Shown: positions 34,061 to 46,904, numbered from the whole stretch's first letter. The stretch: 59,311 nucleotides of DNA, filler included, from Basidioascus undulatus (GCA_000826855.1; 3 parts of 3 records of this genome joined end to end with filler, not necessarily neighbours in it), one strand, 5' to 3'. Notes: generated by a model not told the origin, from the sequence alone. Program-made: numbers and translations.

Positions 34061-37000
34061 TGGGTTGTGTGGGAGCGAATAGTACTCTTGAGTCGAAGAG
34101 GTGGTATGGCAGACAGAACGCAGGCTGCGACTCTTTAAGTCTCCAGGACCGCGGCAGGGGAGGCACGCAGGGGGGCGCGCCGCGGCAGTTGAAAGTCTTC
34201 CGCGAATCGCGAACCAGAAGTGGCGCATGATGGTGCATTTCTCTGCCAGCCACAAACACTGAATTCCTGTGGAAAGCCACTTGCGAAACAACAAAGTGGA
34301 AAGCTTATGCAAGTGATGAACGTCCCGCATACAGAGTTCGCTCGCCAGGCGACACCAGCTGATTGCCCGCAACGGCTCATACCGCAATTCAATTGGTTGT
34401 CCCTCATTATATTTTCCATGTATCCCCTCAAGGGCTCCAGTGTACGTCATGAATGCAACGCAACAACGCACCTCGCTTCCCTGCAACCCAGAAATGCAGG
34501 CTCGACGGAGGCCGGGATAAGGGCGGGCAGCGAGGGGGGAACACACTTTACTGTGTTTGTCTTAAAACTTTGAGCTTCCCAGTGTACCATTCACACCTAG
34601 CCATTGAGTGTTGCAGCCGGTGTGGACCCGAGGGAGTGAAAACTTGTGGTGAGCGAGAGGCTAGGCCGGCTGTGGTACCAGTCGCCCTCGGACTGTCGGT
34701 AGATCTGGCATCCAAAGACCGACTTTTCAGCATTCTTTTTTATGGGAACAACCGCTTGTTCTCAAGTTGGAGACCTTCTGAGCATCTCGACTGTGAGGGG
34801 AAATCATCAACTACAAATAGTAGGCGGACGTCAGGCACACCCCAAAAGAGCCTTCGACGCGTCCCTTCACCCTCGTTGTTTGGTTTTTGCTCCTGACCGC
34901 CATCGTCCCGCCAGCTGCAAATTTTTCCCTCATACGCCCAACATTCAAGCATAGTGATTCTCCTGGAAACCATAGCCTCGTCGCTGTCCGGAAGTAATGA
35001 TTGAAAATAGGGGTGGCCGTGCCCGCCGTTTGTCCGCCGTTTGTCGTCCGCTTCGTCACAGCGACTGCGGAGCTACTGTAGCACGGCCACGAGGCTACGT
35101 CTGCCGAGTTCCGCAGCTGCCCCTTGGCCGTTCGTTGTTCGCGGCGTACCTGTTTTCTTTGGGAGTCCATGAAGTTGGCATCTCACCATCACCATCTCCT
35201 CTGCAATCTCGCATACACACCTTACGTAGCGTTTTGGCCTCCGAATGAAGGCTGGCATGCTCTCGCTGACCCCTCGTACGAGGATCCACGCCCTCCCGGC
35301 GAGTCTGGTGGCGTGCATCTTGCTTTTTCTCCTCGGATGGTGGTCCTCGGATGAGAGCATACAGCACGGGCGGGGGTTCAGCAGTGGGTGCGTCCCCGGA
35401 TTTCCCTTCACGATTGTCATTGCAGCGGAACTGACTGTGGCGGGGATGCGGTAGTCCGGCACTACTCGGATCCTACTTCAAATCTTTCTACTCTCCGCCC
35501 TGCACACGACTCTCCCCCGACGACTCCGAATATACGATCGAGCACTGCGCGTCCTCGGCTCTCTCACACTCCTTCAGCATCGCCTCCCTTCCCTGTTTCG
35601 CCCCAGCACACTGGAACGTTTCCGGGGCACCCTTCGCGGACGCGCCGAAAGCCTACCGCCTCCTCCTTACATCCCGAGCTGAGGAAAGGAAACAGGCTCA
35701 GTCAGCATCGACTGTGTAAATCTCGTCGAATCAGTTTATACTCAAGACTTGCCGTATCGTCCCAGTGCTCAGGGGGATTGTAATCTGACACAGTGCCGTT
35801 GTAATCGATCACAAGTTCATCCAGAGATATCGGAAGAATGGGCATCAAGGCTTTGAGGAACATAATCACGAGCTTCGAAGCGATGTCCATCTCAAGCGAG
35901 CCCACGGACCAGCCCCGCCCGTCGAGCGTGAAGAGAAACTTGTGTAAAACGGCTGTGTTTGGCGCGTAGACTCGAAGGGAGCCGATAGGCTGTGTACGCT
36001 GCTGGACGTGCTGCGCTTTCTAGAAAAGCATATACGTGTCGATAAGGAAGCCCACGTCGTTGACGTAGAACACCTCTCCAGCGCTGCTCGATAGGCCTAT
36101 GACGAAGATCTCGTGCGGGGTGTCTGAGGCAAGGGGTGGAAACAACCTGTGCGAAAGCTGCCCAGTCGAGTGCGACGGAGGCCGAGGGCGCAACGCGGAG
36201 GGCCTTGTTCAAAAGTGTCAGCTCCCTCAAAGTAATCATCTTCAAGGCCAGAGGACTCCGAAAACTCACTTGGCACCAGCGCAAGCCTGCAACATCCGGG
36301 GCGAGAGCAGCCGTCCACCGAGGACATTGTCACGCCCCGCTTCGTTGTGGGGCGAACCCCGGGGCTTTCCGCGCCTGACAGCACGTCCCACCCCGCTTCC
36401 CACGTCCAAGCCGAGTGCGCGACTGCCAGCCTGTGCACCGGATCTCGGTTTGGGACGGACCTCCATGCGAACCGGGGCTGGGCTGGGTAAGTGCGGTAAT
36501 GGAGGAATAGGAGGTGAGAGCAGGAATGTGCGGTTCTTTTTCGCAGGCGTGGAATTCTTGAGCTACATTTCCCCTCTAGGTCCTCGACTTAGGTAGCAGC
36601 TCCCCTTGTTTCGTGAGCTTCCCTGTCCACTACGCATCGGACCGTATTGGAATCACGCCAGGTATTCTGCGCCACTCACGGCTCGATCCACCTGCGTTCG
36701 CCCATCTCTCGCTGGCGGTTCACGCATCGCATGGAAACGACGCTTAGGATCACGCCTGGTCTTCCGCGCCGCTCACCGCTCACGCCCACCTGCTCTTCCC
36801 CACCTTTCGCTTTTGCCGTCATGTCAATGACGCCTTCACGCCCCATCTCTGAGGCCTTTCAAAGCGCTCACCGATTCTCGGAGAAGGGACATATCCGCTC
36901 GCCGGTACCCACAACGCGGGCCCCACGTCCTACACCTAAGTCGCGCAGGCGCCCCCACTCGTCCGACGCCTGCCTTTGCGGCTGAGCCGAGCGAGCAACT

Positions 37001-37709
37001 TTCACTTCTGAAGCAGAATCTCGTCACTCGATCGACTGCACTACATACCTCTTCCCTCCCCTTTGACTCACCACTGCGATCTCTCCTCAGCTCGGACCAC
37101 TGCGATCTCTCCTCAGCTGGGAATCCCTTCTGTCTGAAAGCCCGATCCCATTCACTTTCCGCGCCTTGCCTTACTTCGCCTCGAACCCTGCACTTCCATC
37201 CCTTCTCACTAACCAGGTGCTCCCGGACGCCCGCTCCCCTCCTGCTCAATCATTCGAGCTAACCCTTGGTTCTTACTTCCCCTTGAAACGCTCTTCATGT
37301 CTCCATATACCGCCTCGCTCGCCTCGCCTCGCCTCGTTTCGCCTCACACCCCGCACTGCCTTCCCAGGCGAATTATCCGCGTTCCTTGTCCAACCTCACC
37401 CCGTTCGCCCACATCTCCTCCCTCTCCGGCGTCCTATGTTTCATCTCGTCTCTTCTCGGAATGGGTCCGAGTGGGGGTGTTTAGGGATTTCAAGCCAGGG
37501 ATGCGCGTTTCTTGATGACGAGACAATGCTCTTCCTTCTTACGTCGGGACTCGCGACTTCTTAGACATTCGATCGTGGCTCGATTTGCACATCGCTTCAT
37601 GATTCACGAGCACACCTGATCTTTCGCGCTGCTCACTTCGTCGTCCCGCGCTGCCATTGATCCTAATCCCCTCCGCTTCCCAATTCAGGCACCCTCAGCA
37701 CACCCCCGT

Positions 37710-38980
37710 TCAAGGCGCTCTCTCCCAATCACTCATCACCCAACCGACATAAAACCCAAGAAACTGTGGGTACATCCCTCCACTATCCAGTGCTCCACCG
37801 CCGACCCCCTCTCCTCCACTGAAAGCTGAAGGGCCGTCCGTTCTCGTCCCACGCCTTCCCTTGCAGCTGCACGCGCGCAGCCGCGCACGCCGCGCGCGCT
37901 CCAGCGCGGGCGTCTGCACCTCGACGCCGTGCAGAAACTGCACCTCGACGCCGTGCAGAAACTGCACCACGAGCGTCTCAAGGCGCGACTGCAAGTTCTG
38001 GAGGGCCTCGAGCGGCCCAAGCAGGTGCTCCAGCGGCTCGAAGAGGTCGAGTTCGAGGTGCTTGAGATTTGGGGGAAGGAGCGCATGGTCCCGTCCGGAG
38101 AGAAGGGAGCGGAAGAGCTGAGCGGGGAGACAGAGCTCTCGGAGCGCTGTGAAGTGGTTGAGCGGGAGAGTGTCGGACTCGATCGAGATGTCCCGCAGCT
38201 CGAGGTGCGAGAGCGACGGGCGCAGCGCAGCCAGGACACCCCCGTCCAGGCGGTCCTCTCCTGCGCCAGTAGCAGTTAACTTGAGCCGCCGAGGGCAGCG
38301 CGGGACGCGCAAGAGCCTCGCGAGGCGGTCCGAATGCTCGTCGATCTCCTGGAAGTACACCAGTGCCAGGTTCGTCACGGCCGACGTCCCGAGCGCCTCG
38401 TCCGCCACCGCTTCGTGCGAATCGAACGCGACTTTGTACACCTCGAGCTTGCGGAGCGAGGGGAGCTGGAAGCAGGGCAGGATCTCCGGCAGGCTGACAC
38501 CGCCGCGGGTGTCCCACCAGCTGAGGGAGAGCGAGCGGAGGCCCTGCAGGGCGGGGGACAAGGCCTTTCGGATCGCTTCGTGGAAGCGATAGGCCGCGAA
38601 CGGCGGCCATGCGGCAAGGCTGGAAAGGTTCGGCGTGGCCTCCAAGAGCGCGACGACCTGCGCCGTCGGACTGCCGCGCTCGAGCGCCTCCTCGTCTTGT
38701 TCGGCGTCCGAATCCGAGTCGAAGTCTTCTGGATCGGACCAATCGATGTAAAGGCGCCGAAAAAACGCGCCCAGCTCCCGGCGCACGTCCAGCGTGCGCA
38801 GAAGGAGCGGCAGCGAGGCGTCGTCGAGCGACGCAATGCGGTAGAGGAAGAGCTCGCGAGGGAGTGGATGCGCCGCGAGACGAGCGAGAGTCTGTAGAGG
38901 TCCGATGTCTCTTGCCCGAGGGGGACGTGAGACACGACTTGGATGAGAGTCTCGTCGGCGAGGTCGGTGAGGATCGCCGT
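37710..38980 (-). pseudogene. F-box + LRR-like protein gene with ACG at the start position and a 1-nt frameshift
   Basis: (ACG)AILTDLADETLIQVVSHV..DLYRLSLVSRRIHSL (F-box), frameshift near 38856, then ELFLYR..LLLRTL..PNLSSL..LRSLSL..LRKLEV..LSHLEL..LRELCL..LPPNLKHLEL (LRR-like). Confidence 0.8.
37914..37968. repeat. 24-bp in-frame tandem duplication (VQFLHGVE x2)
   Basis: ctgcacctcgacgccgtgcagaaa x2, plus a partial third unit. Confidence 0.9.
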
Positions 38981-39430
38981 GTGTGAGTGGTGCGGCCGTT
39001 GGGAAGGCCAAGAAAAATGCAGGCTGTTGGCTGGGTTGTGAGCGGCGCACGGCCCGCTGTATCACAGCCTCAATGCGGTGCTTGCATGCCTACGGTACCT
39101 TGCCGTACCTACTCTTACTTGACTGGAAGGGACCCTCAACGCCAGTATCACGCGAAAAGCGAGAGCAGACCAACACTCACTCACTGCAGACCCACGCGCG
39201 TTCGTCGAGCAGATCGTTGATTCAAGGTCATACGGTCATTTAGAGCGTGGATGTGGGACGTATCTCGAGATGGAAGGGAAAAACGAATCGAGTGAAGACA
39301 AATAGAAAGGAAACAGTGTCCATAGAAGGGATAAGAGGAGATACAAAGATGGCAGGGAAGTAAACGAAACAGGAAAAGAAACAGAATAATGTCCAAGCAG
39401 CGTCCCCCTACCCGCGCGCATAGTGCGCAC

Positions 39431-39528
39431 TCAGATCCACCTGCTCATGCTGGCTCCCGAGCTGAGCGAGCTCGCGGAGCTGCCCTTCCTCTCGAGGCGG
39501 CCCGCTAGGCCGAGCCTCTCGCCCTCCC
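39431..39528 (-). CDS. 3' end of an unidentified gene running out of the gap
   Basis: Open frame EGERLGLAGRLERKGSSASSLSSGASMSRWI* followed by a pyrimidine-rich, 3'UTR-like sequence. It does not resemble the OTU1 C-terminal zinc finger. Confidence 0.4.
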
Positions 39529-39628
39529 NNNNNNNNNNNNNNNNNNNNNNNNNNNNNNNNNNNNNNNNNNNNTTAATTAATTAANNNNNNNNNNNNNNNN
39601 NNNNNNNNNNNNNNNNNNNNNNNNNNNN
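39529..39628. other. Assembly gap with artificial six-frame-stop linker
   Basis: 44 N + TTAATTAATTAA (39573-39584) + 44 N. Confidence 0.98.
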
Positions 39629-40311
39629 ATTAGTCTCTTCGCTCTGAGGGGAAAGAGAGAGTGGGGAGGGGGGGGGAGACGGACCTTGCCGCAACTTTTG
39701 AGCGGCCGACGCCCCGCCCTCGAGCAAGATCGCGACGGACGCGAAGAGGCAGGAGTTGTCGTCTGGTACGACCTGAGCAACGGCGGGTGGGATCGGGCCA
39801 GGTTGTTAAGAGAAAGGGCAAGACCTGAAAACGGAGGAAGAAGCGGGGAAGAGACGCACCCGCAAAACCAAATGCCCATCATTGACAGGCTCCGACTCGC
39901 TCTCCACCTTCCCTCCCCTTCTCGGCGCCGGCGCAGCGTTGCGTGTGAAAGCGGGGGAAGCAGAGGCGGGAGAAGGTGCAGGAGACGACGAAGCGGGCGC
40001 CAAGCGCGCGAGCAGGATCTGATCGCCCCTCTTGAACCCCAGCTCTTCGAGGGAGGCGCTCTCCCGACCGGCGGTAAGGAGGGGGACGGGGGGGTAGCCG
40101 GTCCTGACTGGGTTGCTCGGAGACGTCAGGATGGGAAGAGGCATGGGGAGAGGGAGAACAGGGAAGGGGGAGGCGCACGCTCTTGTTCTGAGGCAGAGAT
40201 CGAGGAGAGCTCGGCGATGCGCGCTTGGAGCTCGCACAGAGGGGCGGAGGAGGGCAGGGAGAGGGATTGGAGCCCGGAGGGGAGGCGCAGGCGGAGAAGG
40301 AGATCCGGCAT
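39629..40311 (-). CDS. OTU1: Ubiquitin thioesterase OTU1/YOD1, N-terminal part (3' end lost in gap)
   Basis: UBX-like N-terminus MPDLLLRLRLPSG..QE|VRTGYPP..LEELGFKRGDQI, then GHLVLR|VVPDDNSCLFASV containing the OTU catalytic Cys. Confidence 0.9.
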
Positions 40312-41206
40312 GTCTGGTGCGTTGGATGGGTGGCGGTGGAGATGGAGGTCGGAGGTTGCACGAGCTGGGCGACCAAGCGACCAAGGGCGACGCGTCATGT
40401 CGGGGCGTGGGAATCGAAGGGAGAGGGCGCGGGGTCTGACGGTGGCATTGACACTAACAGGTGGAGGCTCGACTAGGTGCGCTGCAATTGCGCGCGTGTG
40501 GACAAACTTGGACGGACAGGCTGTTGAAGGTTATTTTTCTTTTCAAACAAACACGTAAGCTGTGAGAACATGCGTTACGATTCCTGAAGCCAGCTCCAGA
40601 AATCAGGCGACCGCCGCCGTCGGCGAACCACACGTCGCTGAGTGTCGTCTCTGCCTCACCAGCTACTTTCGCTTTTTTCTGTTGCCCTATGCCGACGCCG
40701 AGCTAAGTATAGCGCTTCTCCGTTTTGTCTCAGCATGCAGCAATTGCCCCCCAAGATGGAGGAAGACCCGAGTTAGCGAATACATGCGAAGGACATGCAC
40801 CACAGCCAGTCGCAGCCCTTCTGAAATAATCAAAAATGGCCTCCTCCCGACCGTCGCACAACGATGGCGTGCTTGCCTTCGCTTCGATCGCTCTCGCCTC
40901 GCCGGGCCGGCTGTCTTCCTCGTCTTCGCTGAGATCATCAGCCTGTCGCCTCCTTCATTCGTCGCCCCACATCCATCTCCTTCTCACACTTTACACTTGT
41001 TTATTACCGCCACACGACCTTCTCTCCTCCTTAGAGTCCAGTACATTGCTGCGAGCTGGAAGGATTTGTTCAGTGAGGGACTTGGAGGACGAGGGTGCGT
41101 CTTCTTTCTTCCTCCCTCCTCAGAAGACGCTCCTTCCTCTCGCGTTCACTGACTTCTCTCGCCCACAGCCCCCACTTTCTCTCTCTTCATCTCACCCACG
41201 CACACG

Positions 41207-43279
41207 ATGCTCCCGCGCCACCTCCTCCCCCGCCGCGTGCCCAAGCGGCTGCTCCCCCAACCCCCATCCTTCCGGGGACTGTCCACTTCCCCCGCCCTCC
41301 TCTCCCGCGCACTCTGCTCGCCTCCCCACCCGGACGCGCCCTCCTTCCCCTGCGTAGACCAGAACCTCGAGCGGGCGGCCCGCCTCGCATCTTCCCCTCG
41401 GCCTTCGTTCCTCCAACCCACCACCTCCACCTCCTCCCAACCTTCTCCCTCCTCCTCCGCCGCCGCTGCCTCGGGCAACACGCCCGAAGTCGACGGCGAG
41501 GGCCCGGAACCCGCCTACTCCGCTCCCACAGGGTACCAAACCTTCACGTCCGACCAGCCCCTCCTGCTCGACTACGGCTCCGTTCTCCCTTCCTTCACGC
41601 TCGCCTACGAGACCTGGGGGACGCTGAACGCCAAGCGCTCGAACGCAATCCTCCTGCACACGGGCCTCTCCGCCTCCTCGCACGCCAAGTCGCACTCGGG
41701 GAACCCCGCCGAGGGGTGGTGGGAGCGCTTCATCGGGCCCGGTCTCGCGCTAGACACGGACAAGTTCTTCGTAGTCTGCACGAACGTCCTGGGCGGGTGC
41801 TATGGCTCCACGGGGCCGTCTTCCCCGCACCCGGACGACGGGAAGCCGTACGCTACGCGGTTCCCGGTCGTTACGGTGTTCGATATGGTTAGGGCCCAGT
41901 GGAGGTTGATGGACCATTTGGGGGTGGGGAAGCTTTATGCGAGCGTCGGGTGCTCGATGGGAGGGATGCAGAGTATCGCGGCGGCGCATCTGGAGCCGGG
42001 CAGGGTAGGGAAGGTCGTTAGTATTAGTGGGACGGCGAGGAGCGGGGCGACGGCCGTTGCGATGCGGTTTGCGCAGAGAAGCGGTGAGTTCTTCGCCTTC
42101 CTCCTTCGGAGCGCTTTGCGGCTGATGCGCTGCGAACCAGTCCTCATGGCCGATCCCAACTGGAACCGCGGCTTCTACTACGACTCGATGCCGCCCCACA
42201 CGGGGATGAAGCTCGCTCGGCGTGCGTCCCGTGCCCCTTTCCCTCTTTTCCCCTTTCCTCTCTGTTCCCTCCCCTCTTCCCTCCTCTCCTTCTCTCATTA
42301 TTCCCCTTCGCTCCTTCCTCCCCTTCGCTCCTTTCTCCCCTTCTCTCTCCCACCTTTCCCAATTTTTTTCCCTTGCCTCGCACCCATCTACGCCAGCCCT
42401 CCTTTTTCTCGCGTCCGACTGACGTCCCCTCCCCCACCCAGAAATCGCCACCATTACGTACCGCTCGGGCCCGGAGTGGGAGCAGCGTTTCGGGCGCAAG
42501 CGGCGCATCACGCCGCTCTCCGCGTCCGAATCAGCCGTCGCGCACGCGGGCTCCAGCGGCGAGGCGCCCGCCGGGCCGGAGGCGGTGGACAACACGCCGA
42601 AGCTGTGCCCGGACTTTTTGATCGAGACTTACTTGGACCACCAGGTGCGGGCTCTGCTTCTCTCTTCCTACCCCCCCCCTTTTTTCAGAGAAGATGCTGA
42701 GTGCACGGTGGCAGGGCGAGCAATTCTGCCTCAAGTACGACGCGAACTCGCTCATCTACGTTTCAAAAGCAATGGACCTCTTCGACATGACCCTCCCGGC
42801 GCTCTCCGAACTCTCCTCCCTCCGTCGCAAAAATGCCCACCTCGTCCCCCCCTCCCCCCCTTCTTCCTCCACCGGGTACCCCTACCCCCCGCTCTCCTCC
42901 GCCGCCTCCCCAAAGAAGCCCTACATCTCCACCGCGCCCGCCGTACCGTACGCGGGCGACCTCGCGGCTGGCCTCGCGAGCCTGCACGCCACGCCGTTCC
43001 TGATTCTGGGGGTCCAGAGCGATATCCTGTTCCCGTTTGAGCAGCAGAGGGAATTGGCGGATGCGCTGAGACGGAATGGGGATCCGGAGAGGATCAAGTT
43101 CTTTACGCTGGATGGACCCTGGGGGCACGATACGTTCTTGTGCGTTTCTCCTTCCTCTCGATTTCACCCCGGTCGCCTTTCCTCCGAGAGCCCCTTAGAG
43201 GGATCGCTGACTATGCGCCGCGGGGAACAGGATCGACACCGCAAACGTGGGCAGCGCGATCCGCGGGTTCCTCACCTGA
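41207..43279 (+). CDS. cys2: MetX/Met2-family acyltransferase of the mitochondrial Cys2/CysA clade (serine O-acyl/succinyltransferase-like)
   Basis: Arg/Leu/Ser-rich presequence. [47 protein letters not shown] nucleophile, [68 protein letters not shown]. Stop at 43277-43279. Confidence 0.9.
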
Positions 43280-43733
43280 CGGATCGTGCGGACGTGATGG
43301 ATTGTCGGCCGACCGGTTGGCACCTGGACGGATACGCATGGACTGGACTTGCTTCTGGAGTGCACATAGAATTATCGGGATTCGCTTTACTTCGCACTGG
43401 TTTGCTTTGCGGGTTGAAGGTAAAGATTGGTGAAGATGAGATGAGATTGGCTGCGTGCGTGCGACGACGCAGGACAGGAAAGAGGGTCTGTGAGGCTTTA
43501 CTGCCGGGATGAGGCGGAAAAGGTGAGCGGGGTGGTCATCCTTGATTTTGGATGTTGATGAGCCACGCAACTCAACCCACTGAGCATCGGATGAGGTTGT
43601 CAAAAGAAGGTCGATGGTGCTCGTACAAGAAACGTCGCAAGTTCATCTTCAAGCAATTTCGTTACAGTCATGAACCAAAAAAAAAACCGCAGAACCGAAC
43701 GCAAGAGGATCAGAGGGCGGTGAGCGCCTGCGC

Positions 43734-46330
43734 TCAGTACACGTAGATGCTGCACAGACATCTCTGATCAGTGTTTGACTCAACCATCCCAAAAACACCC
43801 CCGGCTCACAACTCCTCGTTCTTCAAATCAGTCAAGTCCTTAAACGCGTGCTGCCCAAGCGCAGTCCGCTCGCTGCTCCCGTCGCTCGCGCTCGCGCTCG
43901 CACTCGTCTCCGCGTCTGCCCGCTGAGGCAGCGCGGTACACCTCGGCCTCGGCGGGGGTCATCATGCTGTAGTCCGGGACGCCGGCTTGTTTTCCGGCGG
44001 CTTGGCGGCGACGAGCTTTGTCGGTCGGGTATGTGGGAGAAGCGGTGAATAGAGGAGGAAAAGGGGAAAGGGGGTAGCGAGGAGAAGGGGGAGGGCGGAC
44101 CGTTCCGGGCGTTGAGGAACTTGAGGTAGGCGATCACGATCTTGGGGGTTTCGTGCCGGAGTGAGATGGTTGGAGAGGGTTATCTGAGGGGAAGATTCTC
44201 ACCAAGTCAGGACGATTATGGAGCAGTAGATCGCCAGCACTGCGTTCAGCCCGCGCCTGAAGGGTGCGCACTGCGAGCATCAGCTGACTGGAAACACATC
44301 TTCAGCAGGCTTCCGACCTGTAATATGGCTTTTCCTTCGTGGTGAATAGTTGAGGTCCCTGTGATTGATGAACAGATCAACAAACCACCGGGAGGAAGAG
44401 AGGGTTGGGAGTTGGAATAGGTTACGACGATGTTTCCAGCACACAGTCCGATAGTGAGCAGCGCGGTCGTGACCGTCTTCTTTGTATGCCCGGCGGTGTT
44501 TGCAGCGTGCCAAGAGTACAAAGCGGGAGTGACGCCTGACTCCCTCCCACATTCAGACCCCCAGCCACATCTGCTTTACAGTTGCAACAAAGCACCCACC
44601 GATGTACGCAGCGTTCAGGTAATACGCGACGAGCAGCGGCCCCTTGTCGCTCGACTCGCGCCCGAGGGTCCGCAGCATCGCCGCCCCCGCGATGGCAGGC
44701 ACCATGCAGCCGATGATGATGAACCTGCGGTTTTTGAAGCGCGTCTGGAGCCAGGCGCTCCCGTAAAGGACAATGAGCTGGATGAGGAAGATCTGTCAGC
44801 GGGTTCGTCTTTTCGGAACAAGAGACAGGCGGGACTCGCTTGCATCGCGCCGAATGGGCACTGAAGAGAGAAAAGGGCGGGTGTCAGCATTGGAGCGGGT
44901 CGGATGCGGTGAGAGGGAGAAGCTACGCACGTTGAGCAGCATCACTTGGAACTTGTCGAACCCAAAGCCGTTGAGGATCAAAGGACCGAAGCTTGCGATT
45001 CCTCCGGATGGAACGCTGAGAAGTTTCAGGTCAGCATGCGAGAGAACCACATCATCCCGGGAGAAGCCACAAACTTGATCAAGAACGTCAACGCCGCCCA
45101 TGCGTAAGATTTCTATCAGGCCAGGCGTAACCGCAAAGCAGAGATGAACCGGCCGTACAGAAGAAGGTGAACCTAGGGAGGCACGTACCGGATCCAAAGC
45201 CATCTTGCGGACTTGCGCCCACTTGAATTCCTCTGTAAAAGACGTTCATCGGTGGACTATATCAAAGGATTTGAGACTGTGTACTTGTCTCGATCCCCTG
45301 CTGATTCGCACGCAGCCGTTCCACAGCGATGACCTTGTCGTCCGTCGACAAGAAGCGTGCCCTGACAGGGTTGTCGGGCATGAGGTAGAACACAGCGAGA
45401 CCGGCGACGACGGTAAGAAGCCCGGTAAACAGAAAGATGGTCTCCATACCAGACAAGTCAAAAATCTAGCTTGTCCAGCAAGGTTTGCACGCCGCGGGCG
45501 CACCTGGTAAGGATGCAGCACATCGCTCTTGATGTGACCGAGCCCGTAGGCAATGAGGGAGCCGAAGATGTTGCACTGTCAACCGGGAGTGGCTGTTCAG
45601 CTGCCCCATTGACGATTATGGACCATGCACGCACTCATCCACCCGTTCTGGCTATACCAGATGGCCGTCCTCCAGCTGATCTCGGCCCGCCGGTACCACA
45701 TCTGACCGACGAGGATGAAGGCCGGAGCGACTGATCCCTCGAGCGCTCCTAGGAAGAAGCGGGCGACGGCCAGCCCTGCAAAGTCTTTTGCCCCAGCCAT
45801 AGCCGCCTGTGGGCGGGGGGTGAGTTCGATAATTTTCGGCCCTTGACACAAGGCTAAACGCTCACCAGTGTTGCACCCCAGAACGTGACGATACATCCGA
45901 GGAAGACGGAGAGGCGACAGCGGACGAGCAGGTAGGAAGACGCCGGTTGCCAGCCAAGCTGGGCCTGAGGAGGAGGACATCAATTCAGTTTCTGACTCAC
46001 ACATAGGTGAACGTCTATCAGGTAGAGGACTGTGAAAGAACGCCGTCAGTTTCTGGTTCAAATCTGCAACACAGTAAGGCACATACTGAAGTTAGTACAG
46101 CGTCGCGACGAGGTGTGCGTCCTCCTGGAGGCAGGTTCGCTGTTTCAACATGGTTTTGTCTGAGGATGCTACGGTAGCACTGAGTTCACCTAGATCCCGA
46201 ATACCGACGAGAAGGCGAGGGTTTGCGTGTCTGGGTGGGCACCGAAGCGTGAGGTCCGTGACCGTAAGGCAGTACAAAGTGAGCAGAATACAAAGGAATC
46301 GCAGGAAGTATACCACGATAAGCTCAAAGT
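43734..46330 (-). CDS. Dal5/allantoate-permease-type MFS transporter, many exons; 5' exons degenerate (possible pseudogene)
   Basis: AQLGWQPASSYLLVR, ARFFLGALEGSVAPAF..MWYRRAE..RTAIWY, MPDNPVRARFLS..AVERLRANQQG, EFKWAQV, AANTAGHTKK, C-terminal AFKDLTDLKNEEFIYVY*. The 5' region (VYFLRFL, DKTML..LQEDAHL..Y*) appears broken and no start codon was found. Confidence 0.8.
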
Positions 46331-46475
46331 TCAATTAAATGCCATGTCAATTCGTCAGTATAGAAGTATGCGGAGCAGTAGCGTTACTCGCCAGGGGCAT
46401 GAGATGCAAGTCCTGAAAGACCACCTTTCAGTGCTGCCCGCCCATGAAGATGTGGCCATTCGAACAATCACCTCC

Positions 46476-46904
46476 TCAGAACTCGCTTGTTCTCCTGCGC
46501 CGAGACCTCCGCCCCTTTCGAGGACGCGGCCAACACAGCCAGCGCTTCGTCCTGGTGATGCCCGACACGGGGTGTATCTGCCGGGCGTTGAGACGGAACA
46601 TCCTCGGAGTGCTGATATTTGCTCTTTTTGTCTTCGGTAGACCCTTCGAAGGACCGAGGAGACATGGCGAAGAGTGGGATAGATGGGCACTTCCAGTGAC
46701 AGAGTCGCCCCAGATATAGCCTCTCAATCCGCTCGAAAAGTAGAGCTCCCTTGTAGCGATCTCGCCGAGGGAACGTGAGACGAGGCAGAGCGAGCCAAGA
46801 GTCACAGCGGCATCCTTCGTGGCGCCTGGCGACGTGTATCGTGAGCGAGCGACTTGCACGACGATAAGCGGCAGCACTTCAAATGGGAGTTGCGGAGTTG
46901 ACAT
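46476..46904 (-). pseudogene. Truncated F-box-like gene
   Basis: MSTPQLPFEVLPLIVVQV...TLGSLCLVSRSLGEIATRELY is a typical fungal F-box-like start. The downstream sequence degenerates. Confidence 0.6.

Noticed and set aside
35702..36300. Coding-like minus-strand fragments (also 49300-50100)
   Set aside because: They are interrupted by stops and have no identifiable family. They are possibly relics but cannot be supported as features.
37071..37120. 26-bp tandem duplication (and a 14-bp one near 52575-52605)
   Set aside because: Isolated slippage-type duplications with no associated ORF or element ends.
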